Source: a virus
IMG/VR virus record: IMGVR_UViG_3300044707_000140
Location: 34,081 to 98,080 of that record
Reading direction: 5' to 3' (one strand)
DNA: 64,000 nucleotides
The notes beneath the pieces were generated by a model. That model made no database searches. It was not told where the DNA came from and saw only the letters and a program-made list of their open reading frames with translations. The position numbers and the translations under genes were made by a program. This document shows positions 18,811 through 27,945 of this stretch, one piece after another. Within the stretch, counting starts at the first letter, position 1. Every line of letters starts with the position of its first letter.

Positions 18811-18874
18811 TAGTAAAGCCACATCTTGACAAACACCCCCCTATAGTAAAGCTTTAGCTTGACATTCCCCCCTA
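18811..18874. repeat. Imperfect tandem repeat, 2 x about 32 bp (iteron-like)
   Basis: TAGTAAAGC-N4-CTTGACA-N2-4-CCCCCCTA at 18811-18843 and 18844-18874; a third CCCCCCTA near 18897. Confidence 0.6.
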
Positions 18875-18877
18875 CCA

Positions 18878-18893
18878 GGTTTCACGTGAAACA
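18878..18893. promoter_or_regulatory. parS: parS-like palindrome
   Basis: GGTTTCACGTGAAACA matches 15/16 of the canonical TGTTTCACGTGAAACA; perfect 14-bp palindrome at 18879-18892. Confidence 0.7.
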
Positions 18894-19042
18894 GGTCCCC
18901 CCTAATTTTCTAATAGGTTGGAAATCAATTGTGTGCATGGGAGGGGAGGGTACTTCCAACAGCAACCCCTCCTAGGTTTCGAGTGGTCGGGGGCACCCCC
19001 CACACTTGAACTCCATTATTTAACCGCCAAAAAACAAAACAA

Positions 19043-19435
19043 ATGGCAAAAGAAATCAAAGGCCGTGATGTCCTTAACATCAAGACAATCTTAGTGGGAA
19101 GACCTTACAATGTAGAAGCTGGTCATCCTTTAGATGGTAAGACTTACAATCGTTACCAGTTCGATGGTATTGTGTTCACTGTGAACTCAGAAGATGAGTT
19201 TGTAAAGTGGAAGAATGATGGTACACTCTACAGTGCTACATTCACAGAAGGTAAGATGATGGTTGATGTTGATGGTCAACAAGTTGAGCGTAAAACTCTA
19301 CAATTGACTGGTTGCACTAACATCAATCAGGAGAAAGCAATGGCAAGAGCAGAGCGTGAGATTAGTTACTTCCTCACAGAGTTCGATCCTGCAAAAGTGG
19401 ACGAGAGCTTGCTTGCACAATTGCAAACTGCCTAA
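19043..19435 (+). CDS. Hypothetical early protein
   Basis: A-rich leader, 130 aa, followed by a terminator. Confidence 0.75.
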   Translation: MAKEIKGRDVLNIKTILVGRPYNVEAGHPLDGKTYNRYQFDGIVFTVNSEDEFVKWKNDGTLYSATFTEGKMMVDVDGQQVERKTLQLTGCTNINQEKAMARAEREISYFLTEFDPAKVDESLLAQLQTA

Positions 19436-19444
19436 TAAAGACTT

Positions 19445-19470
19445 GAGCCCTTCGGGGCTCATTTCTTTTC
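19445..19470 (+). terminator. Rho-independent terminator
   Basis: GAGCCC-TTCG-GGGCTC followed by ATTTCTTTT. Confidence 0.8.
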
Positions 19471-19672
19471 ATATATAGGGGTGGGAGACAACCAAATGTT
19501 GTCAGGGTGGGATAAAACAACCAACTTTGTAGTTGTAAGTGATTAATAATCAATGCGTTAGAGAGTGGGTGTGTCACCCATCACACCTTTTAGCACCCTT
19601 TTCACCATTTCTCAATAACCAAACGCTATATAGCATAAATATAGCATTAATTAACCCTTTAAACCAATTGGT

Positions 19673-19834
19673 ATGAAGAAGTTTATTATCACACTTATGG
19701 GATGGAATGGTCCTATTAAGTCAGAGTATTGTTATGGATATAACAGACAAGAGGTTTATTCTATGTATAGGAATGAATATCCTGTTTCTGATTATCCTCA
19801 AATACAATATATTGATGTGGCTGAGATGTTATAA
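19673..19834 (+). CDS. 53-aa hypothetical protein (not in ORF track)
   Basis: MKKFIITLMGWNGPIKSEYCYGYNRQEV...; followed by hairpin AAGAGCCT-GGAAT-GGGCTCTT and a T tract. Confidence 0.5.
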   Translation: MKKFIITLMGWNGPIKSEYCYGYNRQEVYSMYRNEYPVSDYPQIQYIDVAEML

Positions 19835-19870
19835 GAGCCTGGAATGGGCTCTTTCTTTTAACCCTTTAAA

Positions 19871-20248
19871 ATGCTTGTTATGAACAATGAAACTATTTAC
19901 ACAATAGTCCCTGAGACTATAGATAGTAAGTCAATAGGGGATTATACACGAGAAGAGCTTGTTAGAGCTAGTTTTTGTTATTTACATGGTGATTTACAAG
20001 ATAAGGTGGGGGGATATGACATATTCAACATGCTAAGATCTGAATTAGAGCCTGAACAGATAAATGAGCATGGTTATTTAACAGATGAGTTTGGACCAGG
20101 CATATATTCATGTGTATGCATGGGTGAGCCTTGTACATTCTTCAGATGGAAGCGTATGCACTATAAAGGACTTGTGGTCCTTAATGCAGATAAGGAGTCA
20201 TACGAATATGCATCTAAATGTTATGAAGAAAGAGAATATTCAATTTAA
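19871..20248 (+). CDS. Hypothetical protein
   Basis: ORF track; AT-rich leader. Confidence 0.65.
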   Translation: MLVMNNETIYTIVPETIDSKSIGDYTREELVRASFCYLHGDLQDKVGGYDIFNMLRSELEPEQINEHGYLTDEFGPGIYSCVCMGEPCTFFRWKRMHYKGLVVLNADKESYEYASKCYEEREYSI

Positions 20249-20282
20249 CCTATTAATAATCAATCATTTAAAACAGTTTGCT

Positions 20283-20786
20283 ATGAAAAAAGAACTTGTT
20301 CTCCCTTTGGGAGTAAAAATTGAAGATGGTCACCTCTATTTTGGAGATCGTCAGGTTTCTTTCCGCGGTGAGCCATATAAGTTTGCTCACATTCCTACAA
20401 TGGCAACAATGTTTGCTGTTAGGTATGGCAAGGGTGTATTATGCACCACATTTGACCTTATTTGGTCCAGAATGCTCATTGAGGAAGGCTATCATGATGA
20501 AACACTTATATGGATTCGTGGAGTGGAGATGTCAGGAGAGAAATATCTTCCTAGTGGTTATTATTCAGATTGGAAGTCTGTTGAGTATGTACTAAACACC
20601 TTTGCTAAAGAATTACAGGGTCAAGAGTGGTTTATAGAGGTGGATGATATTAATGATGAGTATGCCTGGGATGAGGAAAAAGGTGTATTTAGAAAGCAGA
20701 TAAAAATAGAGAAGATAGAGTATATGTGGGCTGATGATGATGAGCCAGAATATGACTCAGCAGGCTATACAGAGGAAGATAGATAA
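20283..20786 (+). CDS. Hypothetical protein with acidic C-terminal 'EYDSAGYTEEDR'
   Basis: Start moved to MKKELVL (20283) to avoid overlap with the upstream gene. Confidence 0.65.
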   Translation: MKKELVLPLGVKIEDGHLYFGDRQVSFRGEPYKFAHIPTMATMFAVRYGKGVLCTTFDLIWSRMLIEEGYHDETLIWIRGVEMSGEKYLPSGYYSDWKSVEYVLNTFAKELQGQEWFIEVDDINDEYAWDEEKGVFRKQIKIEKIEYMWADDDEPEYDSAGYTEEDR

Positions 20787-20866
20787 GATATTTAAGGTGC
20801 CTATACACAAGATAGGTAAATGGCTACATGGCACAGCCTTTTATTGTTTTTCATAAGCAAGCGTAC

Positions 20867-20900
20867 GCTCCTGTGTTTCCACACTGGGAGCCTTTATTTT
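20867..20900 (+). terminator. Terminator-like hairpin
   Basis: GCTCCTGTGT-TTCC-ACACTGGGAGC followed by CTTTATTTT. Confidence 0.6.
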
Positions 20901-20927
20901 TATTAATCAATTAAAAATCAATAAGTT

Positions 20928-21077
20928 ATGTTAAAATTAATCTACACAGGTGTAACCATTGCGTTATCAACACCTATTCTTGGATGGAATGCTCTTTTTA
21001 CTGTCATCATGGGGGACATCAAGTATTGGGATAATGCTTGTGAGCAAGTTAATAACCTTATAAACTCAAAATTATGA
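20928..21077 (+). CDS. 49-aa membrane peptide (not in ORF track)
   Basis: MLKLIYTGVTIALSTPILGWNALFTVIMG...; coupled to the next ORF by ATGA. Confidence 0.5.
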   Translation: MLKLIYTGVTIALSTPILGWNALFTVIMGDIKYWDNACEQVNNLINSKL

Positions 21078-21190
21078 AAAAACTACTCTTATTAGCAGTT
21101 ATTGCTGTATTTATGCTTCAGAGCTGTGCCACAAATGGATATGGCTGTAGGGGCAAAGGCAAGATTATTACACGTGTTAAACAATTCTAA
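21074..21190 (+). CDS. 38-aa lipoprotein (not in ORF track)
   Basis: MKKLLLLAVIAVFMLQSC-ATNGYGCRGKGKIITRVKQF: signal peptide II with lipobox LQSC. Confidence 0.65.
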   Translation: MKKLLLLAVIAVFMLQSCATNGYGCRGKGKIITRVKQF

Positions 21191-21201
21191 ATCAATTAGT
21201 T

Positions 21202-21348
21202 ATGAAAACTATCCTTTTATCCCCTCGAGACTTTATTTTGTTCAAAACCTTAGCCAACCGTATTCACCTTATTTTTATGTATAAAGTGCTGCATGGTGTA
21301 TTCCATGTAGAGGCTGATGCATTACGTCTTGACGAGTTGGGTTACTAA
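21202..21348 (+). CDS. 48-aa hypothetical protein (not in ORF track)
   Basis: MKTILLSPRDFILFKTLANRIH...LDELGY*; followed by a terminator. Confidence 0.55.
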   Translation: MKTILLSPRDFILFKTLANRIHLIFMYKVLHGVFHVEADALRLDELGY

Positions 21349-21354
21349 GGATGA

Positions 21355-21389
21355 AAGGACAGCTCTGAAATATGGGCTGTTCCTTTTTT
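21355..21389 (+). terminator. Rho-independent terminator
   Basis: AAAGGACAGCTC-TGAAATAT-GGGCTGTTCCTTTTTT. Confidence 0.65.
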
Positions 21390-21621
21390 ATGTTTGAAAA
21401 AGTGTTGTAAATCACACTTTTACATACGTAAAACTGTATCCATACCCAAAAACACTCATAATGAGTCATATAATGCACTTTATGGCTCATATTGGTCCTT
21501 TATAAGTCACATTATCGCTCATGTGTGAGCTATAAATGGCCAAATCAGGAAGTAAATGCATGACATTTTCGGTAAAATTCATGCAAACAATAATACATAA
21601 CACATTTTAAATCAATTATTT

Positions 21622-21840
21622 ATGGCAATTAACACATTCGTGACTAAAAAGTCAACAAGCAAGTATCCCAGACTTATGACAAGTAAGGATGATGGATACG
21701 TTTATTTATTCATAGAGGATGGTTTAGCTATTCCTCTGAACAATCCAGATTATGTTAGAACAATGGATATTGAGGATGTGACAGACTGGAATATGAGTAA
21801 TTTTGAAGATTTTGATGGTTCAATCACCCTAACAAACTAA
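21622..21840 (+). CDS. Hypothetical protein
   Basis: Ends 'FEDFDGSITLTN'. Confidence 0.65.
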   Translation: MAINTFVTKKSTSKYPRLMTSKDDGYVYLFIEDGLAIPLNNPDYVRTMDIEDVTDWNMSNFEDFDGSITLTN

Positions 21841-21845
21841 AGCAT

Positions 21846-22061
21846 ATGGTAGGGACAATCTTCAGAAAGCATGTTGAAAGACATGAGGCTGGTACAGCTG
21901 GCAAATCAATGTATCAAGCGTGGAAGGTAACAAAAGACCTAGGAGATGGACTATACGAATGTGTTCGTGTAGATAATACACAAGATCCTATGGGTGCTGC
22001 TAATCCACAGAAGCGTACATTTAAACAAAAAGACATCCTTAACTATCTCAAAACTAAATAG
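21846..22061 (+). CDS. Hypothetical protein
   Basis: Packed ORF. Confidence 0.6.
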   Translation: MVGTIFRKHVERHEAGTAGKSMYQAWKVTKDLGDGLYECVRVDNTQDPMGAANPQKRTFKQKDILNYLKTK

Positions 22062-22063
22062 TT

Positions 22064-22645
22064 ATGCACTTCACCGTTGAGCTTGTGCTTAAGAGCTATA
22101 TGCCTAAGCAACTAGAACCAGGTATGTGGTTTATAACAAAGCTTAATCCAGGCACCAGAAAAGAATATTCAGAGATATGGGCCTTGGATAAGTTTCCTAA
22201 AGAATCACTAGAAGAGTTTATAGCTAAAAATGGTGCTCCTGTTGAGCCCTATCTAATCTATGATGAGCAGGTGCTTGCTGAGCCACACGAGATTGGATGG
22301 TGGGATGATGGACCAGACTTTGATGAGCTTAGAGACATCGATCTTAAAGATGTTAATGGTATCATCAATGAGTTTGATGGATTTGTAGACCTTGAGATAG
22401 ACGAATGGGATTTTGCTCATGAGGATGAGGTGAATCCTATCATTTATGCAGACAAGATTACCATCACTATTCCAGGGATGTATGATGAGGAGGAAGAAGA
22501 GGATGATGAGGAAGGTCCTTGGTTATGTATCACTTGTAATGGTTCAGGATATGGTGCTACACCAGATGTAGCTTGTCCTGTCTGTCATGGAGAGGGTGAA
22601 ATCTATCCTTCAGATGATGAAGAGAATATAGAAGAAGATAATTAA
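22064..22645 (+). CDS. Acidic protein with C-terminal DnaJ-type zinc-finger repeats
   Basis: CITCNGSG and CPVCHGEG (CxxCxGxG twice). Confidence 0.65.
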   Translation: MHFTVELVLKSYMPKQLEPGMWFITKLNPGTRKEYSEIWALDKFPKESLEEFIAKNGAPVEPYLIYDEQVLAEPHEIGWWDDGPDFDELRDIDLKDVNGIINEFDGFVDLEIDEWDFAHEDEVNPIIYADKITITIPGMYDEEEEEDDEEGPWLCITCNGSGYGATPDVACPVCHGEGEIYPSDDEENIEEDN

Positions 22646-22663
22646 TTAACAAAACAAAAGCAT

Positions 22664-22864
22664 ATGTTAAAGCACATTAAATTAGAAAGGCTTCAAGAAA
22701 TTGAGGCTGAAAGAGCACAAACAGAAACAGATCCCAACTTTCAACAATGGATGAGTGACCTTCAAATAGGTAAACTCTATGAAAAGAAAGATGGTATCAC
22801 TAGAGCACAACAAATGATGGCAGATTGGAATCAATCACCTTTAAACAAAACTTTATGGGAGTAG
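22664..22864 (+). CDS. Hypothetical protein
   Basis: A-rich leader. Confidence 0.55.
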   Translation: MLKHIKLERLQEIEAERAQTETDPNFQQWMSDLQIGKLYEKKDGITRAQQMMADWNQSPLNKTLWE

Positions 22865-23427
22865 ACATCGCTGGGATCAATCCTCAAATAGTTGGGGAGC
22901 GTCCACAGAAACCAGATTGGAAAACAGCTACAGGATATGAAAAGGATATGTATATTAATTCTATGGATCTATTTCACAGTAGCAATCCTGGTATTTATTT
23001 CAGGAGTAATTGGTGGGGCTGGAGACCAATTCATGCTATTGCAGACATGGCTATTAGGTTGATGAATCTTCCTTTTGATACAAGCTTATGGGGAGAGAAT
23101 AATGGTGGTGGATTGAAAACACAAGAAGAATGTAATCAGCTAGCTGATGCAATAGAAGCATTTATGACGCTAAATCATGCTAATATGTATGATGAGGATG
23201 ATAGATTCTATTTGTGTCTTGGTTCATGGACCAATTCTAGCGGTACATTTATTGATAAAGAGATTGAAGCTGAGCTCAATGCACAACATCTATTAGGTAC
23301 TATCCTCTACCGTGGAGTGGTAGCATCTAATGGACAATTAGTGTTTCCCTCTCATAGCGCTCCTCTGTATCACGTAACCAATTTTATCACCTTCCTTCGC
23401 AAATGTGGAGGATTTGAAATCTGGTGA
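22855..23427 (+). CDS. Conserved phage hypothetical protein
   Basis: Likely start MGVDI (22855); 'YFRSNWWGWRP' and C-terminal 'FLRKCGGFEIW'. Confidence 0.65.
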   Translation: MGVDIAGINPQIVGERPQKPDWKTATGYEKDMYINSMDLFHSSNPGIYFRSNWWGWRPIHAIADMAIRLMNLPFDTSLWGENNGGGLKTQEECNQLADAIEAFMTLNHANMYDEDDRFYLCLGSWTNSSGTFIDKEIEAELNAQHLLGTILYRGVVASNGQLVFPSHSAPLYHVTNFITFLRKCGGFEIW

Positions 23428-23989
23428 CATGACTACATATGCCCAAACCCTTGCTGCTCAGCCAGACAGAAGGAGAAAGAAGGAGGTCAGAGACTTCCTT
23501 TTTTCTTTATTTGCAGGCTTTGAGCTAAACAGAATAGTGGGACTCGCAGGCCCACATATTGGAGATTATATAGAATTCTGTAAATCAAAAGGATATACAG
23601 AGTTTGAAATCTATGAAATGGACAAACTAACTGCCTTACATCAACTAGTTCATCTTAACGATAGTGTACAGCTTAAACTCAAAAACATTTTGGAAGCTAA
23701 TCCTGACCAACCTGGTACACTGTATGATTTAGACTATTGCGTTACAGGTAGATATATGAAGGAACACATGATAAGATTCAAAAGCAACTTCATTATGACC
23801 TTCTCTGGTAGAGTGTCCTTAAAAGAAACAATGGATACATTTTTTGACGTGAGACAAGAAAAGGTGGTAGACATGGTGGAAAATAAGCGTCCTATGAGAC
23901 ATAACACTTATTTTACTAATAAGGGTGTGTACGTACAGCTATCCTACCGTGACACATCACCTATGTTTTGTATCGCTAAAATTGCTTAA
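23405..23989 (+). CDS. Hypothetical protein, possibly SAM-methyltransferase-like fold
   Basis: 'IVGLAGP...FEIYEMD...LYDLDYC'; weak support. Confidence 0.4.
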   Translation: MEDLKSGDMTTYAQTLAAQPDRRRKKEVRDFLFSLFAGFELNRIVGLAGPHIGDYIEFCKSKGYTEFEIYEMDKLTALHQLVHLNDSVQLKLKNILEANPDQPGTLYDLDYCVTGRYMKEHMIRFKSNFIMTFSGRVSLKETMDTFFDVRQEKVVDMVENKRPMRHNTYFTNKGVYVQLSYRDTSPMFCIAKIA

Positions 23990-23991
23990 TC

Positions 23992-24597
23992 ATGGCTATT
24001 GTAGACATCCCAGCTCGTGTTTGCCCACATTGTGGTGGTACAAGATGGAGCTTAGAACCCAAAAACACAGGGTTTGTACGCTACAGATGTCCTGTATTAG
24101 CACTAGAAAGGCGCAAACGCTGGAAAGAAAAGAATCCTGACCGCGTTTTGCAACATGAAAAGAAACATGCTGCAAAAAGAGTGGCTGCAGGGTATTTTAA
24201 AGAAAGAAGACAACTAATTAAAGAACAAACAATTATTAATCAACAATTAAATTCAAACAAAATGGCAACTAACAAATTTTTCTACAACTGGAAAGAAATC
24301 AAAGAACTAAAAGATCTCATTCGTACAGGGGAACCTATTTCACGTATTGCTAAAAGAGAGTGTGCTCGTTTCAACACCAGTGCTCAAGCTTTACAAATGA
24401 AAATGTACAAGCTTGCTAAAAGTACCAATAATATTAGAGAGTGGGAAGGTCCTAAGAAAATACGTAGAACTAAGGCTCAAATGGCTGAAGCACAAGCACC
24501 TACCAACAAAGGGCTCACTGTTCCTGAAGGAACCACATTTGAGGGTACACCCAAGAAAGTGGAAATCCACACTGATCACTTCCGTATTTATTTCTAA
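23992..24597 (+). CDS. Zinc-ribbon/basic DNA-binding-like protein (possible internal start at 24262)
   Basis: CPHCGG motif; an in-frame MATNKFF has its own A-rich leader. Confidence 0.55.
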   Translation: MAIVDIPARVCPHCGGTRWSLEPKNTGFVRYRCPVLALERRKRWKEKNPDRVLQHEKKHAAKRVAAGYFKERRQLIKEQTIINQQLNSNKMATNKFFYNWKEIKELKDLIRTGEPISRIAKRECARFNTSAQALQMKMYKLAKSTNNIREWEGPKKIRRTKAQMAEAQAPTNKGLTVPEGTTFEGTPKKVEIHTDHFRIYF

Positions 24598-24617
24598 ATC
24601 CATAAATACTCATCCTT

Positions 24618-24830
24618 ATGTCAACACTCGTCTATCGCTCTGCCTGGAGCACAGTAACACCCTTAGTTTATCAAGATGGCTCTGATGACACAGCTGTTAA
24701 TGAATTCATTGACAGAGTGTTCAAAGCTAAATTGCGTACAACAAGATTAGTTCTTGATAACAACAAGATGTATTACAAACCTAGTAATCAGTACAAAAGA
24801 TTTGTTGTTCGCATGCGAAAAATTAAGTAG
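24618..24830 (+). CDS. Hypothetical protein
   Basis: ORF followed by a hairpin. Confidence 0.55.
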   Translation: MSTLVYRSAWSTVTPLVYQDGSDDTAVNEFIDRVFKAKLRTTRLVLDNNKMYYKPSNQYKRFVVRMRKIK

Positions 24831-24842
24831 ATTTGGGCTACG

Positions 24843-24875
24843 GTTCCTACTCTCATTTAGAGGGTAGGAACTTTT
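24843..24875 (+). terminator. Hairpin terminator
   Basis: GTTCCTACTCTC-ATTTA-GAGGGTAGGAAC followed by TTTT. Confidence 0.6.
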
Positions 24876-24888
24876 AAATCCAAACTAT

Positions 24889-25119
24889 ATGGCAAAAGAC
24901 AAATGCGTACTGTGTGGCGCAGAAACTCTCTATGATGAGAGTGTACACATAGATTATAGACATGGATATATTGAAGGAGCTGGACAGCTCTGCAAATCCT
25001 GTTATGATAGGGGAACAAAACGAACGCACATCACTATTCCTGCGGACGTTATTTATAATACCCCGAATGATCAAGAATTAGGACAGAAGGTGAGAACTAT
25101 TTATAATCAAACTAATTAA
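24889..25119 (+). CDS. Small zinc-finger protein
   Basis: CVLCG...HIDYRHGYIEGAGQLCKSC. Confidence 0.65.
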   Translation: MAKDKCVLCGAETLYDESVHIDYRHGYIEGAGQLCKSCYDRGTKRTHITIPADVIYNTPNDQELGQKVRTIYNQTN

Positions 25120-25120
25120 A

Positions 25121-25384
25121 ATGGCTACTAAAAAGAAAGCTGCTCCTAAAAAAGCAGTAAAAAAATCTGGATACCTGTATGTTGATCTATTTAACAATAA
25201 CACTGCAGATGTTCAGCTAGATTGTACTAATGGTGAAATGGTAGAAGCACTTGCAACAGTGTTCAGTGATGCTGAACATCCTGTCACTAGAATAGTTGTT
25301 ACAGCATTAGGTTTAGCAGTTACTGAATTGGAAAAGAAAGAAAAGAAAGTTAAGAAGAAAGCAGCTCCCAAAAAGAAGAAATGA
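25121..25384 (+). CDS. Hypothetical protein with Lys-rich histone-like termini
   Basis: KKKAAPKK at both ends. Confidence 0.6.
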   Translation: MATKKKAAPKKAVKKSGYLYVDLFNNNTADVQLDCTNGEMVEALATVFSDAEHPVTRIVVTALGLAVTELEKKEKKVKKKAAPKKKK

Positions 25385-27339
25385 TGAATGTGATCATTTA
25401 TGATATCGAAACCTTAAAAGAATACTTTCTAGTGGTAGTATTAGTTCCTCAAGAACCGTATAGAGTATTTAAAGTTAATCAAGAAGAGAACAGTCTGGGT
25501 GCGTTTGTTAAGTTCACCGAGCAGTATAAAGATTATTATTGGGTGGGCTACAATAATCTTCGGTTTGACTCTCAAGTGGTGGAATGGGTACTGCGTAACA
25601 ATGAATATTGGCATGAGCTTTCCAACTTGGAAATAACAGCCAAAATACACCAGAAGGCAGCTGATGTCATACATGACGCTAATTTCGATGTGTTTCCTGA
25701 ATTTAGGGAGTATGACCTAAGCCTCAAACAGATTGATCTCTTCAAGATTCACCACTTTGACAACAAGAATAGACGTGTTAGTCTTAAGCGCTTAGAGTTT
25801 GAGATGGACCTTGAGAACATTGAAGAAATGCCTATACACCATGACAAGACAAACATGACTAGGGATGAAATCATCCTTACGACAGAATATTGTTTGAATG
25901 ATGTGTGGGCCACCTATCAGTTCTACAAGGTGACTATTGGTGATACAGATCATCCTTTGTATAAAGGTGATAACAGAATACAGCTCAGACAGGATATACA
26001 GGATGAGTTTGGCATTCCTTGTCTAAACTATTCTGACAGTAAGATTGGTGATGAGATGATCAAAAAGTATTACTGCCAGGAGAAGGGTATAGACTATAGG
26101 GACCTACCTAAAAAGGGTAAGTTTGAGAAGAAAACTTATGTCAAAAACTGTATTGCGGACTATGTACAGTTCCAAACACCTGAGCTGCAAAAGTTTCTAG
26201 CACGCATCAGAAAGATGAGTTTGGGTATGCAGGATGATTTCAAAGAGGAACTACACTTCTATAACAATGTGTATTCCTTCATGAAAGGTGGTTTGCATAC
26301 AGAGAACGGTCCCAAGATCTTTGAAGCTGATAATGAGCACGAGATTATAGACTGGGATGTATCCAGCTATTATCCAGCCATTATCATTAACAATGGTCGT
26401 TATCCAAGACATTTGGGTAAAGAATTCCTTCAGGGCTATAAGACAATGTTTGAGAAAAGATTGGAACTCAAGCCTTTAGCTAAGAAGGACAAGAAAATCA
26501 AGGGTATTGTAGGAGCACTAAAGCTTGCTGTAAACTCAGTTTATGGTAAGAGCTCTGACATACAGAACTGGATTTATGATAGACAGCTCACTATGTTCAC
26601 CACCATTACAGGTGAGCTGAGCTTAATGATGCTTATAGAAGCTTATGAACTGGCTGGCATTAATGTCATATCTGCTAACACAGATGGTGTAACAATTATG
26701 ATCAAAAAATGTTACATAGACAAGATGCACGAGATAAACAGCTGGTGGAGTGAGCTAACACAATATGAGCTCGAGAGGGCTGACTATCAAAAGATTATAT
26801 TTTCCACGGTAAATGACTATCTTGCAATAAAAACAGATGGAGAGATTAAGAAGAAAGGCGATTTCCTCACGGATTTCGAGCTTCATAAGAACAAGTCAGC
26901 GCGTATTGTCCCAATGGCTCTGGAACAATATTTTGTTAGTGATATACCTGTTGACACTACTATTCGCAACCATAGTAATATCTTTGACTTCTGCCTCAGA
27001 CAGAAAGCCTCAAAAGACTTCCACTACGAAGGAATAGATAGGTCCACAGGTGTTAAAACTGTGTACAATAAGCTGATTCGTTATTATATCTCCAACACTG
27101 GAGAGAAGCTTCTAAAAATCAAGAATGAGGATTCTACAAGTGGTGCTGCAGCTGTTTCCCAAGTGGAAGCTGGTGAGTGGCTAGCCACTGTATGCAATAA
27201 ACTTGATAAAAAACATCCTCTAGATAACATCAATTATGCCTATTACATTGAGCGTGCTGAGAAGCTCATTAGGAAGATTGAAACAGAAGGTAGATCTCGC
27301 AACATAGTTGTAAATCCTAACCAATTAAGTTTATTCTAA
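25381..27339 (+). CDS. polB: DNA polymerase family B
   Basis: Exonuclease 'YDIET' and 'GYNNLRFD'; polymerase motifs 'DWDVSSYYP', 'KLAVNSVYGK' and 'NTDG'. Confidence 0.92.
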   Translation: MMNVIIYDIETLKEYFLVVVLVPQEPYRVFKVNQEENSLGAFVKFTEQYKDYYWVGYNNLRFDSQVVEWVLRNNEYWHELSNLEITAKIHQKAADVIHDANFDVFPEFREYDLSLKQIDLFKIHHFDNKNRRVSLKRLEFEMDLENIEEMPIHHDKTNMTRDEIILTTEYCLNDVWATYQFYKVTIGDTDHPLYKGDNRIQLRQDIQDEFGIPCLNYSDSKIGDEMIKKYYCQEKGIDYRDLPKKGKFEKKTYVKNCIADYVQFQTPELQKFLARIRKMSLGMQDDFKEELHFYNNVYSFMKGGLHTENGPKIFEADNEHEIIDWDVSSYYPAIIINNGRYPRHLGKEFLQGYKTMFEKRLELKPLAKKDKKIKGIVGALKLAVNSVYGKSSDIQNWIYDRQLTMFTTITGELSLMMLIEAYELAGINVISANTDGVTIMIKKCYIDKMHEINSWWSELTQYELERADYQKIIFSTVNDYLAIKTDGEIKKKGDFLTDFELHKNKSARIVPMALEQYFVSDIPVDTTIRNHSNIFDFCLRQKASKDFHYEGIDRSTGVKTVYNKLIRYYISNTGEKLLKIKNEDSTSGAAAVSQVEAGEWLATVCNKLDKKHPLDNINYAYYIERAEKLIRKIETEGRSRNIVVNPNQLSLF

Positions 27340-27770
27340 TGGATATCAAAAAAGGAGACAAGTTTAAGGACTATATAGGTACTCCTTGTTTCATTAGCTA
27401 CATCAAGGGAGACATTATAAAGCTGTCATTCATAGAAGAGCGTCCACACGTAGAGGTTTGGGATAAGAAGGAATTCTTAGCTGAGATTAGCAAGAATAGA
27501 TTCTTTCCTGAACCACGCGTTGTGGTGAATAGAACAAACATCACCACACATCTTATTGAATATCAGCTAAATATGGTGGGTAAAACAATAGAGCAAGCTT
27601 ATGAGTTGGAAGATTGGTATCAGCAATGGACCATGACAACAACACAGTTTGAACTCTTCAAAGCATATGCAATCCCTCTGCTTCGTAAGGTATTTAAATT
27701 CAACAAACGAAATGCGGAGAGTACATTTGACTGGTTTAATCTCCAGTATGGTCTTCGCATAAAAGACTAA
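27339..27770 (+). CDS. Hypothetical protein
   Basis: Coupled to polB; ends 'FDWFNLQYGL'. Confidence 0.65.
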   Translation: MDIKKGDKFKDYIGTPCFISYIKGDIIKLSFIEERPHVEVWDKKEFLAEISKNRFFPEPRVVVNRTNITTHLIEYQLNMVGKTIEQAYELEDWYQQWTMTTTQFELFKAYAIPLLRKVFKFNKRNAESTFDWFNLQYGLRIKD

Positions 27771-27773
27771 TCC

Positions 27774-27935
27774 ATGTTCTACTTTATTATCACCTTTGCA
27801 GTGGTTTTCACTGCATGGATAGGATGGGAGCTATACAGAGCTCCTAATATGGAAGATGAAAATGATACACTGTATGACCCAACCACTACATGTTGGGATG
27901 ATGATAAAAATCATACAGAAGGAGGCTTTCACTAA
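27774..27935 (+). CDS. 53-aa protein with N-terminal TM segment (not in ORF track)
   Basis: MFYFIITFAVVFTAWIGWELYRAP... Confidence 0.5.
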   Translation: MFYFIITFAVVFTAWIGWELYRAPNMEDENDTLYDPTTTCWDDDKNHTEGGFH

Positions 27936-27945
27936 ATCTTTTTTT

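Noticed and set aside
18826-18864. TTGACA as an E. coli-type -35 box
   Set aside because: No -10 hexamer at 16-18 nt spacing, and the host promoters are Bacteroidota-type; treated as part of the tandem repeat.
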